Source of the DNA: Candidatus Micrarchaeota archaeon
GTDB lineage: Archaea; Micrarchaeota; Micrarchaeia; Norongarragalinales; JBBILJ01
Direction of reading: 5' to 3'
DNA length: 24,000 bases
Assembly: GCA_037444945.1 (NCBI GenBank)
Contig: JBBILJ010000001.1
Span: 28,684-52,683 of the forward strand
Below, piece by piece: positions 1-8,308 of this stretch (position 1 is its first letter; every line of letters begins with the position of its first letter). The position numbers and the translations under genes are program-made. Under the pieces are notes generated by a model. It was not told the DNA's origin and searched no databases. It saw only the letters and a list, made by a program, of their open reading frames with translations.

Positions 1-50
1 GTAACTCTGGCGTGGTAACAAACTGCCGCGCTGGTGGGGGTTGGCACAAA

Positions 51-461
51 ATGTTCTTGGACAAATTCCTGCGCAAAACCGGGCTCGGCACGTGGCGTGC
101 GATGCCCGAACCGTCGAGTGAATTCCAGCCAAAAGAAAACGTTGCGGGCATGAAGCGTGCCAACAACGACCTGCTTTGGCGCGTCTCCACTCGCCGCGAA
201 CTCATCGAAAAATACAACGCCACGATGGCGAAGACTTACCAGAACTTCACCCTCTCAATCGTGAGCCTGCTCGGCACACTGTGGACTTTTTCAGCGTACG
301 GCGGCTCCGGCGACCTTACCTTCGCGCTACTCTCCATCGCGGGCGCCTACCTCGTCGTCACCTTCTGGTGCAAAGCCTGGGGCGGCTACGCGGGAGATTG
401 GAGCGACTACGAGAACGACCCGGTGCGCGCCATCGTGCACCCCGAACTTGAATACCGCTAA
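51..461 (+). CDS. small 2-TM membrane protein, paralog 1 (unknown family)
   Basis: ORF 12..461 trimmed to ATG 51. Its MFLDKFL N-terminus mirrors MVLESLFF of the next gene. GTTGGCACA lies directly upstream (40-48), as it does upstream of the next gene (507-515). Two hydrophobic helices (TLSIVSLLGTLWTFSAY, FALLSIAGAYLVVTFW). C-terminal W-x-[DE]-[YF]-E-x-x-P motif shared with the paralog. Confidence 0.6.
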   Translation: MFLDKFLRKTGLGTWRAMPEPSSEFQPKENVAGMKRANNDLLWRVSTRRELIEKYNATMAKTYQNFTLSIVSLLGTLWTFSAYGGSGDLTFALLSIAGAYLVVTFWCKAWGGYAGDWSDYENDPVRAIVHPELEYR

Positions 462-515
462 ACCGAACGAAGGTAGACGAATAACGAAACGAAAAAAATC
501 AGAGGTGTTGGCACA

Positions 516-938
516 ATGGTTTTGGAATCCCTGTTCTTCGACCCGTACGCGTTCGACACGAGCCTGCGCCAGTACGCGCCCGGCTTTAACCTCTTAGGCA
601 AGCCAACCGCGCTACGCGGCGAAGCCGCCATCAAAGAGTGGAAGGACACCGAATTCACCGCCGTCAAAAGCAAGGCGGAAGTCATCGAGGACCACGCGAA
701 AGTCATGCGAGGCGTCTACCAACTCGTCTCCAAAGCAATTCTCGCTGGCTTAGTGGGACTTTACTGCCTCTACACGCTCCTCACCGGTTTTGGCAGTCAG
801 CTCTACGTCCTCGGCGCCATGATTGGCTTCAGCTACGCCGGATACGCGTGGTGGGCCTCCAGCGCCAAGTACTCCAACTGGCAAGAATTCGAGCACCGCC
901 CCCTCTTCGTCCCCCTCGAAGACATCAGCGCCTACTAA
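516..938 (+). CDS. small 2-TM membrane protein, paralog 2 (unknown family)
   Basis: 140-aa ORF with GAGGTG SD at 501-506. Same layout as the gene at 51: ~75-aa soluble N-terminus, two TM helices, and a C-terminal NWQEFEHRP motif (DWSDYENDP in paralog 1). Confidence 0.65.
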   Translation: MVLESLFFDPYAFDTSLRQYAPGFNLLGKPTALRGEAAIKEWKDTEFTAVKSKAEVIEDHAKVMRGVYQLVSKAILAGLVGLYCLYTLLTGFGSQLYVLGAMIGFSYAGYAWWASSAKYSNWQEFEHRPLFVPLEDISAY

Positions 939-948
939 CCCGTTTCAA

Positions 949-957
949 TTTTTTTTT
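949..957 (+). terminator. oligo-T tract (T9) between membrane-protein pair and swivel-protein pair
   Basis: caaTTTTTTTTTcttt starts 11 nt after the stop at 938. Oligo-T is the archaeal termination signal. No TATA box is visible between it and ATG 1003, so it may act as a partial terminator. Confidence 0.4.
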
Positions 958-1002
958 CTTTCCCCCTGCCGCGTCCCACTCCTTCAATTCCGGGTGATTT
1001 TG

Positions 1003-2505
1003 ATGGTGAATAAAATCGAACTGCGCTGGAAAGCCCTCGCAGAAGAACACGACGTCGCGCCCTACCCGCACCCCGTAGCCTACGTTTACGCGTCCACGAC
1101 ACGCTTTAAGGACCTCGTCGGCAAACCCGAAGCGCCGTGGATCATCGAAAACAAGAAAGGCACCTTCCGCTGGTGCGGCGTCGAATCCACGTGGGTGGAG
1201 AACGCCAAACACGTTCTCACTCTCCTTGAAAATCCAGCGTTCTTTGCCCGAGTAAGCCAGGGGCAGCGCGACAGCGTGCGTGCTTTTCTCGCTCGCGCCC
1301 GCGAAGTGCAGCAAACGGTTTGGCGCGCCGCATCAAACGACGAGCTCGCCACGGGGTACGCGCGCCTCTTCGACGCGTGGATGGAAATGAATGTGTGGGG
1401 ACACGTCGTCCAAGTTATCGACTTTGATCACAATATCTTCACGCAGCAGCTCACGCGTCGCCTCGAGCACCGCATCCGCGAAAGCGGAAGTGGCATTACG
1501 CCCGTAGAAGCCTTCGCTGTCCTCGCGTATCCATCTGAAAAAAGTCAGGTTCAGCAGCAGGAGGAAGACTTTTACGCCCTCCTCACGCTCGCCGCCACGA
1601 GTGGAATCGATTCATCGGTGTTCGAGAAAGCCGTGCAAGCGCACGCGAAGCGCTACGACTGGATGCAGTACCACTACTCGGGACCCACCATCCTTGACGT
1701 CGCCTACTTTCGCTCCCTTGTCGAAAGCGAGTTGAGCCAAGGTGTGAGCGGCGAAGAAAAGCTGCGCGAGATACAGCAACGCCAAGCCTCCCAGCGCGAG
1801 CGTCGCCTCCAACTCATTGACGAACTCGGCCTTGATGAGAAAGACCGCTACTGGTTTGACGTTGCGGGCGCGTTTATGTGCTTTAAGGAAATGCGCAAGG
1901 AAGCCGTCTTCGAAGGCTGCCGCTGTGCGGCCCCCTTCTTTGCCGAACTCGGTCGCCGCCTCGGCGTCACTCCCTGGCTTGCGCAATTCATCGGTCCCCA
2001 CGAAATTCAGGACGCCTTGAACGGCAAGATCTTACGTGCCGAACTCGAAGAACGCGAACGCTTCAGCGTCTACCTCGCCGATGCGAACCAAATTCGCTCC
2101 TTCATCGGCGATGAAGCGAAAGCGTACGCCTCGCGCATTTACTCGCACCAAGCCCAGCTCGACGCCCGCGAAATGCGCGGCAGCCCCGCGTGCGCAGGAA
2201 CCGCGCGCGGCGTCGTTAAACTCGTAGCGAAAGCGGACGACATGGCGAAAATGAACGACGGTGACATCTTGATTTCGCCCGCCACGAACCCCAACCTCGT
2301 CCCCGCCGTGAAGAAAGCCGCTGCAATTCTCACAGACGAGGGCGGTATCACGTGCCATGCCTCGATTGTCTCCCGCGAACTTGGAATTCCCTGCGTTGTG
2401 GGCTTGCGCAGCGTCACGCGTTGGCTCAAAGACGGTGACCTCGTCGAAGTCAACGCCTCGACCGGCATCGTGCGAAAAATAGGTGACACTAATGAACGTG
2501 ACTAA
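1003..2505 (+). CDS. PEP-utilising-enzyme mobile (phosphohistidine swivel) domain protein A, with unrecognised ~400-aa N-terminal region
   Basis: ORF 823..2505 trimmed to ATG 1003 (GGGTGA SD at 992-997). The upstream part overlaps the gene at 516..938. The C-terminal ~100 aa match the swivel domain: GDILISPATNPNLVPAVKKAAAILTDEGGITCHASIVSRELGIPCVVG, with the His codon at 2356-2358. No GGK / VRSS ATP-grasp motifs and no PEP/pyruvate TIM-barrel domain recognised. Confidence 0.8.
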   Translation: MVNKIELRWKALAEEHDVAPYPHPVAYVYASTTRFKDLVGKPEAPWIIENKKGTFRWCGVESTWVENAKHVLTLLENPAFFARVSQGQRDSVRAFLARAREVQQTVWRAASNDELATGYARLFDAWMEMNVWGHVVQVIDFDHNIFTQQLTRRLEHRIRESGSGITPVEAFAVLAYPSEKSQVQQQEEDFYALLTLAATSGIDSSVFEKAVQAHAKRYDWMQYHYSGPTILDVAYFRSLVESELSQGVSGEEKLREIQQRQASQRERRLQLIDELGLDEKDRYWFDVAGAFMCFKEMRKEAVFEGCRCAAPFFAELGRRLGVTPWLAQFIGPHEIQDALNGKILRAELEERERFSVYLADANQIRSFIGDEAKAYASRIYSHQAQLDAREMRGSPACAGTARGVVKLVAKADDMAKMNDGDILISPATNPNLVPAVKKAAAILTDEGGITCHASIVSRELGIPCVVGLRSVTRWLKDGDLVEVNASTGIVRKIGDTNERD

Positions 2506-3976
2506 CTCTTGTCCACACCAGGACTGGGAAGAGCAAGCACGCCGCGGCCGCAACCACGCGATCTTGTTCATTGACGTAGTGGCGCGCGGAGTGAACAGCG
2601 ACCACGTCGGCGAATTCCTGCAAGTCCCCTTTCGCTTCACGCACTACCGACAATTTGCCGCAGCCCGCTGGTTCTTGTCGAGCGAAATAGCTGCGTATGT
2701 TCAACTGCTCAAGGATGAGGAGGCGCACCACCCCGGCTACCTGCTCGGCCTCGCGAACGCGCAATACGCCGTTACAGCAGACGCAGTCGACTGGGCGCAA
2801 ACGCAACTCGGGCGTGATTTTTCGAGCGCGTCCAACGACGAACTCATCGACGTCTTACGAGGATGGGCCAATCGCTTCGAACCCATTTTTGCGGCGTGTT
2901 ACACTTATACCTTCCTCAACCGCTTTTACCCCGACGTTTTAGTCGAAATCGTTTCTCGCCATGAGCCCGACTTCAAACGACAACAAGAAGACCTTCAAGC
3001 TCTCTTTGCGTTAGACGAGCCGTCCGAAACGCGCCAAGAACAAGAATCTATTCTCATTATCGCTCAAGCCGCGTTAGAAACAGGCGGCAACGACAACGAT
3101 GCCCGCATACAGCGATTGATTGAGACCCACGTGCGCCGCTTCGCGCACCTCGGCTTATATTACTTTTACCGCGAGCCGTATACGGCCGCGCAAATTCGCG
3201 AGCGCGTCAACGAACTGCTCGGCAAAGACTTGTCCGCCGAACGCGAAAAAATTAACGCCTCAAAAACATACGTCGACAAGTCGCGCGAAATCATGAATCG
3301 CCTCGGCTTCACGGCCGACGAGCGCCTGGTCGTAGAAACAATCAAGCGATGGGCATTCGTCGCGAACGACTTCGACGAGCAAACCATGCGTATCGTGTAC
3401 TTATTGTGGGATTTTTGGCATGCACTCGCCGACCGCCTCAGCATCTCGTACGCGCAACTCGTCGAAATGACGGTGAGCGAAGTCGAAGGCGCTTTACGCG
3501 CGGGTCGCGTTTCCGAGGAACTCAAGCGCGAGCTTTCTGATCGGTACGAGGACAGCGCGCTTGTACTCGACGAGCACGGCGTCCATGTTTTCGTCGGCGA
3601 ACCCCTTCAAGCGTACTATCGCGAGAACGCGGCAAGAGCGGAATCCTACGAGCATGTGCGCGAGCTGCGCGGCCAGCCCGCCTCTCCGGGCCTAGTAAGA
3701 GGAACGGTGCGCGTGCTCAACAGTATTCACGAACTTCACAAAGTGAAAAAAGGTGACATCCTCGTCGCGGCAGCAACCACGCCGGGGTTTGTGCCCGCGA
3801 TGGAGAAAGCCGCTGCCATCGTCACCAATGAGGGGGGATTGCTCTGCCACGCGGCAATTGTCTCGCGCGAGCTTCAAATCCCGTGCGTGGTCGGCACCAA
3901 AATCGCGACCAAAGCACTCAAAGACGGGGAAACCGTCGAAGTCGACGCGAACAAAGGCATCGTGCACAAGGTGTAA
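2492..3976 (+). CDS. PEP-utilising-enzyme mobile (phosphohistidine swivel) domain protein B (paralog of A)
   Basis: ATG 2492 is preceded by GGTGA (2482-2486). The gene overlaps the previous gene by 14 nt. C-terminus is GDILVAAATTPGFVPAMEKAAAIVTNEGGLLCHAAIVSRELQIPCVVG (His codon 3848-3850). The N-terminal region is colinear with protein A, e.g. an R-G-x-P-A-x-x-G-x-x-R-G-x-V linker before the swivel domain in both. Confidence 0.8.
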   Translation: MNVTNSCPHQDWEEQARRGRNHAILFIDVVARGVNSDHVGEFLQVPFRFTHYRQFAAARWFLSSEIAAYVQLLKDEEAHHPGYLLGLANAQYAVTADAVDWAQTQLGRDFSSASNDELIDVLRGWANRFEPIFAACYTYTFLNRFYPDVLVEIVSRHEPDFKRQQEDLQALFALDEPSETRQEQESILIIAQAALETGGNDNDARIQRLIETHVRRFAHLGLYYFYREPYTAAQIRERVNELLGKDLSAEREKINASKTYVDKSREIMNRLGFTADERLVVETIKRWAFVANDFDEQTMRIVYLLWDFWHALADRLSISYAQLVEMTVSEVEGALRAGRVSEELKRELSDRYEDSALVLDEHGVHVFVGEPLQAYYRENAARAESYEHVRELRGQPASPGLVRGTVRVLNSIHELHKVKKGDILVAAATTPGFVPAMEKAAAIVTNEGGLLCHAAIVSRELQIPCVVGTKIATKALKDGETVEVDANKGIVHKV

Positions 3977-3979
3977 CCT

Positions 3980-4183
3980 ATGGCTTATCGCTGGGAACTC
4001 GCCCTCCTCCTCACCCTCCTAATCGATGACGTGCGGAATGCGTTCTTCGACTGGTTCGGGCACGCGGACGCCGTTACCCTCCTTGCGTTCATCCTCCTCA
4101 TCTACTACGCGAGCCACGCCGACTTTGGCTTCAAACTCCCCGACTTCAAGCTACCCGGACTCAAAGACATCGCGGGGGGCTAA
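3980..4183 (+). CDS. small hydrophobic protein (67 aa), translationally coupled to swivel protein B
   Basis: ATG lies 3 nt after the stop at 3976. Two hydrophobic segments (WELALLLTLLI, VTLLAFILLIYY). C-terminal FKLPDFKLPG mini-repeat. No family recognised. Confidence 0.45.
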   Translation: MAYRWELALLLTLLIDDVRNAFFDWFGHADAVTLLAFILLIYYASHADFGFKLPDFKLPGLKDIAGG

Positions 4184-4249
4184 GCACCGAAGAACTTCGT
4201 AATCGCTACGCCTCTAAGCGGCAGTAATAGCCGAACTCTAAAATAAGGC

Positions 4250-4690
4250 TTATTGGGGGCGTTCGCAGTACGCGCACTCTAATGCTCGCGTGGCGGCATT
4301 CGTGACGCGCAGGCGGCTGGGGATTTTTTCCGCGTTCGAAATGCACTTGGGATTGCTGCACGCCAAGACGCCGACGAGCCACTCTGGGAGAACAATTTTT
4401 TCCTTCTTCACAATCGCGTAGTCGCGAATCGTGCTCACCGACGCGTCCGGGGCCAGAAGCGCCAAGCGACTGGCTTGGGCGGGCGTAAGGAAGCGGTCCG
4501 CGAGCTTAATGAAGTCCTTGCGCCCCAAACGCCGACTCGGCATATTCAAACCCACCGCTACGCGGCCATCAGCTGCATCACTCGCGGCACCCAAAATTTC
4601 GAGGGCGCGTAACCCTGTGCCGGCTGGCATGTGGTCGATGACGGTGCCGTTCGCGATTTTTTCGATGCGGACTTCCTTGGATTCATCCAT
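4250..4690 (-). CDS. pyrI: aspartate carbamoyltransferase regulatory subunit
   Basis: IEKIANGTVIDHMPAG N-terminal motif and a C-terminal Zn-binding pair of Cys motifs (CSNPKCIS ... CAYCE). Lies immediately downstream of pyrB on the same strand. Confidence 0.9.
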   Translation of the reverse strand: MDESKEVRIEKIANGTVIDHMPAGTGLRALEILGAASDAADGRVAVGLNMPSRRLGRKDFIKLADRFLTPAQASRLALLAPDASVSTIRDYAIVKKEKIVLPEWLVGVLACSNPKCISNAEKIPSRLRVTNAATRALECAYCERPQ

Positions 4691-4714
4691 TGCCTTTTTC
4701 GACCACTGAATCGT

Positions 4715-5611
4715 TTAACCGTTCACGAGGATGTCGAGAACCGCCATACGCACGGGCACACCGTTCGCGGCTTGCGCAAAATAACCCGCCTGCGGGAGCA
4801 CGTCCACGTCTGTCGCGATTTCGTCCACGCGTGGCAGTGGGTGCATCACGAGCGCATTCGGCTTGGCGCCTTCGAGGGTTTGCGCACTGAGCAGGTAAGC
4901 GCCACGCACTTTCTCGTACTCCTGCGCGTCTGCGAAGCGCTCTTTTTGGATGCGCGTGCAGTAAATCACGTCACAGTCGTCCACCACCAACTCGGCGCGC
5001 TCCTCAACCGGGTTTTTGGAGGCTCGCACGAATTGTGTCGGCATACGCAGCAAGGGGTGCGAGATGAGTTTGATACGCACGTCGTAGTGATTGAGGGCTT
5101 GCAGCAGCGAGTGCACCGTGCGACCGTACTTGAGGTCTCCAACGATTGCGACGGTCAGGCCGTCAATTTTACCAAAGTGTTTTTGAATTGTGTACAGGTC
5201 GAGCAGCGTCTGCGTGGGGTGCTGATTCGCGCCATCCCCCCCGTTCACCACGGGGTGCGTGGCGACTTCCGCGGCGCGTCGCGCGGAACCCTCCAAAGGG
5301 TGGCGGAGAACGATGGCGTCCGCGTACGCGTCCACCATACGAATTGTGTCGCTCAGCGTCTCCCCTTTTTGCACGCTCGTGCCTTCCGTGCCCGAGAAAC
5401 CGATGACGCGTGCGCCGAGACGCTGCGCTGCCGTCTCGCTCGATAGACGCGTGCGCGTGGAGGGTTCGTAAAAGAGTGACGCGACGACTTTGCCTTGCAG
5501 TGTGCGCGTGTGCCCCGGCGCTTCAAAGCTAGAGGCGCGTTTGAATACGGCGTCGAAGTCGGGGCGCGACAATTCGCGCACTGAAATTAAGTTCCCGCCC
5601 TTCGAAAGCAT
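4715..5611 (-). CDS. pyrB: aspartate carbamoyltransferase catalytic subunit
   Basis: ORF 4715..6085 trimmed to ATG 5611 (MLSKGGNLISVRELSR). The upstream extension overlaps the DUF63 gene. Hallmarks present: FYEPSTRTR, HPTQ, HPLPR. A/T-rich gtatttttaac box lies ~45 nt upstream on the minus strand. Confidence 0.9.
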   Translation of the reverse strand: MLSKGGNLISVRELSRPDFDAVFKRASSFEAPGHTRTLQGKVVASLFYEPSTRTRLSSETAAQRLGARVIGFSGTEGTSVQKGETLSDTIRMVDAYADAIVLRHPLEGSARRAAEVATHPVVNGGDGANQHPTQTLLDLYTIQKHFGKIDGLTVAIVGDLKYGRTVHSLLQALNHYDVRIKLISHPLLRMPTQFVRASKNPVEERAELVVDDCDVIYCTRIQKERFADAQEYEKVRGAYLLSAQTLEGAKPNALVMHPLPRVDEIATDVDVLPQAGYFAQAANGVPVRMAVLDILVNG

Positions 5612-5696
5612 GAGAATCAGGAAGAATTCTCCCCGCGAAGAGTTAAAAATACGCCGATGAGCCCGTCGCGGCGCGAAGGAAAGACTGGGGGAGGCG

Positions 5697-6560
5697 TTAG
5701 ACGCCGATCGCGATGCGCGTCGCGTCTCGCAAACCAGGACCCAAGCCAAAGATTGTGACGAGGAGGAGGATGTAAATTTTTTCCTCCCGCTCCTCGGGCT
5801 TGGCGAGTTCGCGGCGGATGAGGTAAACTGCAAGGGCGGCGAAAAGGAGCTTGATGAGGTAGAACGCGAAGGGGCCGCCGAAGAAGTCAAAAATCGCGTT
5901 CCCCACCACGTGCTGCTCGAAGTAACTCGTCGCGGGCGTGCCAATGCCGACGCCCACGAAGGTGGCGGCGCCGTCGAACACTTGCGCGAACACCGCACCG
6001 CGCTCCACCCCGTCCGGCGCGGTTTTTGTGAAGAAACGAAAAGCGAACTCGAAGACGCCGAACGCGGCAATTGCCAACCCTGCAATCAGCACGACGTGTA
6101 ATGGGTAGCGAAGGTTGAGGGCGAGGGGGAGAAAGGCGAGAACGGCGAGAATCAGGCCGGCGCGCTGCAGGGTTTTGGGGAACGAGCCGCCGCGTTTTTC
6201 GACGAGTTTGGCGGCTCCCAGGCAGGCGAGAAAGACGAGGAAGACGAGGACGTAAATGTACGGCGTCACGAAGGGGAACAATTCGATACCGAAGATGAAC
6301 ACTTGTCGGGGGAGGAGGGCGGCGTCCACGAGGACGCGTACGAAACTTCCCACCACCACGAACGGCACCACGGCCCAGTAAAACGGTTTGTCGATCTGGA
6401 TGTTCCAGTGCTTGAGGAGTTTGTAGATGACGAAAATCGCGGCGAGTGCAATAATCGCGAGCGTGACCGTGTTCACGACATTGTACGGCGCGTACTTGTC
6501 CGGGTACCGCAACGGGTTGAGAAAGTACTCGTCTAGAAAGCTCGAAAACGCGTCAGCCAT
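5697..6560 (-). CDS. DUF63-family polytopic membrane protein
   Basis: ORF 5697..6749 trimmed to ATG 6560 (MADAFSSFLDEYFLNPL). Seven or more hydrophobic helices. The N-terminal pattern YNVVNT..AII...I.YKLLK...I..D..F matches my memory of archaeal DUF63 proteins. Confidence 0.65.
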   Translation of the reverse strand: MADAFSSFLDEYFLNPLRYPDKYAPYNVVNTVTLAIIALAAIFVIYKLLKHWNIQIDKPFYWAVVPFVVVGSFVRVLVDAALLPRQVFIFGIELFPFVTPYIYVLVFLVFLACLGAAKLVEKRGGSFPKTLQRAGLILAVLAFLPLALNLRYPLHVVLIAGLAIAAFGVFEFAFRFFTKTAPDGVERGAVFAQVFDGAATFVGVGIGTPATSYFEQHVVGNAIFDFFGGPFAFYLIKLLFAALAVYLIRRELAKPEEREEKIYILLLVTIFGLGPGLRDATRIAIGV

Positions 6561-6596
6561 AGGGGAGAAAAACCCCACCAAACCTAAAATAACGAT

Positions 6597-7685
6597 ATGC
6601 TTCGCCTTTCCGCGCGCCGCTCTCTCGCGCTCAGCGTCCCCAAAGCAAACGCGGAGCAAACGCGCCAACGCCTCCTCGACGACGGCGTGCTCGACACTGG
6701 CCTCTACATTCGCCGCGATGAGCGCTTCGTTTTTTTTCCCGTCCGCCAAAAACCCAGCCCACTACCCCCTGGCGCCCAATTTTCCCGCCTCCTCTTCAAG
6801 CCTCTTCGCCCGCCCAAAGGCTCGCTGAAAGAACAGCTCGCCCAACGCGGTTTTAAGGCCAACGAACTCGAGCGCGTCGTCTCCTCCTTTGACGTGCTCG
6901 GCGAGGTTGCTCTCATCGAAATCCCGCCCGAGTTGCAAGCCAAGGAGAAACGGATTGCTGAAATCCTTCTCCAAACGCACCCTCGCCTTCGTCTGGTCGT
7001 CAAAAAAACTGCTCGCCAAGGCGAATACCGCGTTCAGCAACTCACTTCCCTTGCGGGGCACGGCTCGACCGAAACTCTCGTGACGGAGAACGGAGTGCGC
7101 CTTCGCCTTGACCCCGCCAAGGTGTACTACTCCGTCCGCCTCTCCACCGAACGCGCGCGCATCGCCTCGCTCGTCAAACCGGGCGAGCGCGTCCTCGTCC
7201 CTTTCGCAGGCGTCGGTCCCTTCCCCTTAACCATCGCGCGCGAACTGGAGAAGAAAAAACGGGCGGCGCAAATCATCGGTGTAGAACTCAACCCCGCCGC
7301 GGTCGCGTATTTTCAGCAAAATATCGCGCTCAACCACACCGAAAAACTCGTGCGCGTCATTGAAGGCGACGCCAACCACGTCCTCCCCACGCAGTTCAAA
7401 GCGTGGGCGGACCGCATCGTCATGCCTCTGCCGCACTCGGCGCACGAATTCCTTGACGCTGCCCTCGCTGCCGCGGCCGAAGGCTGCGTCATTCACTTTT
7501 ACGGATTCGTCGAGAAAGGTAAAAACGCTCTCCAACCGTACGCGCCGCTCGAAAAAATCGTTCAACAGGCCTGTGCGCGCAACCACAAGACCTGCCGTAT
7601 TCTTCTGCGAAAAATCGTGCGCCCTTACGCGCCCCACACTGATCAGGCCGTGCTCGACGTGCGCGTTACTTCTCGCGCCGCTTGA
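6597..7685 (+). CDS. trm5: tRNA (guanine37-N1)-methyltransferase Trm5 / Taw2-like (Met-10+ family)
   Basis: LRLDPAKVYYSVRLSTERARI, an SAM motif VLVPFAGVGPFPLTIA, a GVELNP motif and IVMPLPHSAHEFL are typical of archaeal Trm5-family enzymes. Divergent from the DUF63 gene with only a 36-nt spacer. Confidence 0.8.
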   Translation: MLRLSARRSLALSVPKANAEQTRQRLLDDGVLDTGLYIRRDERFVFFPVRQKPSPLPPGAQFSRLLFKPLRPPKGSLKEQLAQRGFKANELERVVSSFDVLGEVALIEIPPELQAKEKRIAEILLQTHPRLRLVVKKTARQGEYRVQQLTSLAGHGSTETLVTENGVRLRLDPAKVYYSVRLSTERARIASLVKPGERVLVPFAGVGPFPLTIARELEKKKRAAQIIGVELNPAAVAYFQQNIALNHTEKLVRVIEGDANHVLPTQFKAWADRIVMPLPHSAHEFLDAALAAAAEGCVIHFYGFVEKGKNALQPYAPLEKIVQQACARNHKTCRILLRKIVRPYAPHTDQAVLDVRVTSRAA

Positions 7686-8265
7686 GTTTGCCGGCGAGGG
7701 CTTTCCGCGCTGCCGTGAAGCGATTGAGTTTTTTCTTTTCGCCGCCCACGAATTCGGTTTCTACAAGGATGCGGCCGGTCAAGATTTTTCCGGCTCGCGC
7801 GAACCGTTTGCGGAACGGTTCCGGCGGCTGTTGTTGTCCGATGCCCATAAAATCGAGCTGCCCGTAAGCTTGGCTCAGTGCGTGGCGCACATCCGCACCG
7901 TTTTTGAACGAGTGCAGGCGGGCGAAGTACGGCACGTTTTTCAAGCCCGTTACGGCTTCGACATCTTCGCGCGCCCCCGCCAGCACGATGGGCAGGTAAG
8001 GATTTTTTTTCCGCATGCGGCGAATGAACGCTTCCAAGTCTTCAGGGCGGCCGGCCTGCGCGGAAACAAGAAGGAGGTGAAAACGCCCCTCGTCCGCGTG
8101 CTCCCTGGCCTCGAACTTTTCGCGTGCCTGTTCAAGCGAGGGCGCTTCGTGATACTCGTCGAACGACGCGTGCTGCTGCAGCACGGCCTTCAAACCCATC
8201 CGGTCTGGTCCACGGCCGACGAGAAGCGCTCGCCGAACGGGCCGCTCCCCTGCATCTGAAGCCAT
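7666..8265 (-). CDS. receiver-like (CheY-fold) protein lacking the phosphoacceptor Asp, with basic C-terminal tail
   Basis: beta-alpha pattern RALLVGRG...HLLLVSAQ...PIVLAGA resembles a receiver domain. The acidic pocket (DD, D) positions are GR and S. C-terminus is Lys/Arg rich (KKKLNRFTAARKALAGKLKRREK). The 3' end overlaps trm5 by 20 nt (convergent). Confidence 0.4.
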   Translation of the reverse strand: MASDAGERPVRRALLVGRGPDRMGLKAVLQQHASFDEYHEAPSLEQAREKFEAREHADEGRFHLLLVSAQAGRPEDLEAFIRRMRKKNPYLPIVLAGAREDVEAVTGLKNVPYFARLHSFKNGADVRHALSQAYGQLDFMGIGQQQPPEPFRKRFARAGKILTGRILVETEFVGGEKKKLNRFTAARKALAGKLKRREK

Positions 8266-8284
8266 GTGTGCAGTAGAGAAACCC

Positions 8285-8294
8285 TTTTATTTAA
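8285..8294. promoter_or_regulatory. TATA-like box (TTTTATTTAA) positioned for both the divergent gene at 8265 and the 5S rRNA
   Basis: It is the only A/T-rich element in the 8266-8310 spacer. Its centre is ~25 nt from ATG 8265 (minus strand) and ~21 nt from the 5S 5' end (~8311). Confidence 0.5.
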
Positions 8295-8308
8295 CCGCTT
8301 CCCTATTT

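Noticed and set aside
823-1002. N-terminal 60-aa extension of the swivel-protein ORF (823..2505).
   Set aside because: It overlaps the well-supported 2-TM gene 516..938 in another frame and is low-complexity S/P/T-rich. ATG 1003 has a GGGTGA SD.
4631-5446. Long antisense or alternative-frame ORFs. Examples: 4631..5446 (+), 11845..12408 (-), 12489..13136 (-), 19743..20492 (-), 20895..21476 (-), 21802..22653 (+), 22450..23016 (-), 22745..23299 (-), 7360..8259 (+).
   Set aside because: All lie opposite to or out of frame with genes that have clear family signatures. Their products are Arg/Ala/Gly/His-rich with no motifs. Long spurious ORFs are expected in GC-rich DNA because stop codons are rare.
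5612-6085. Extension of the pyrB ORF to 6085 (456 aa), and extension of the DUF63 ORF to 6749.
   Set aside because: The extra N-terminal parts are Ser/Arg-rich, typical of out-of-frame GC-rich DNA, and overlap neighbouring genes. Family-typical N-termini begin at ATG 5611 and ATG 6560.
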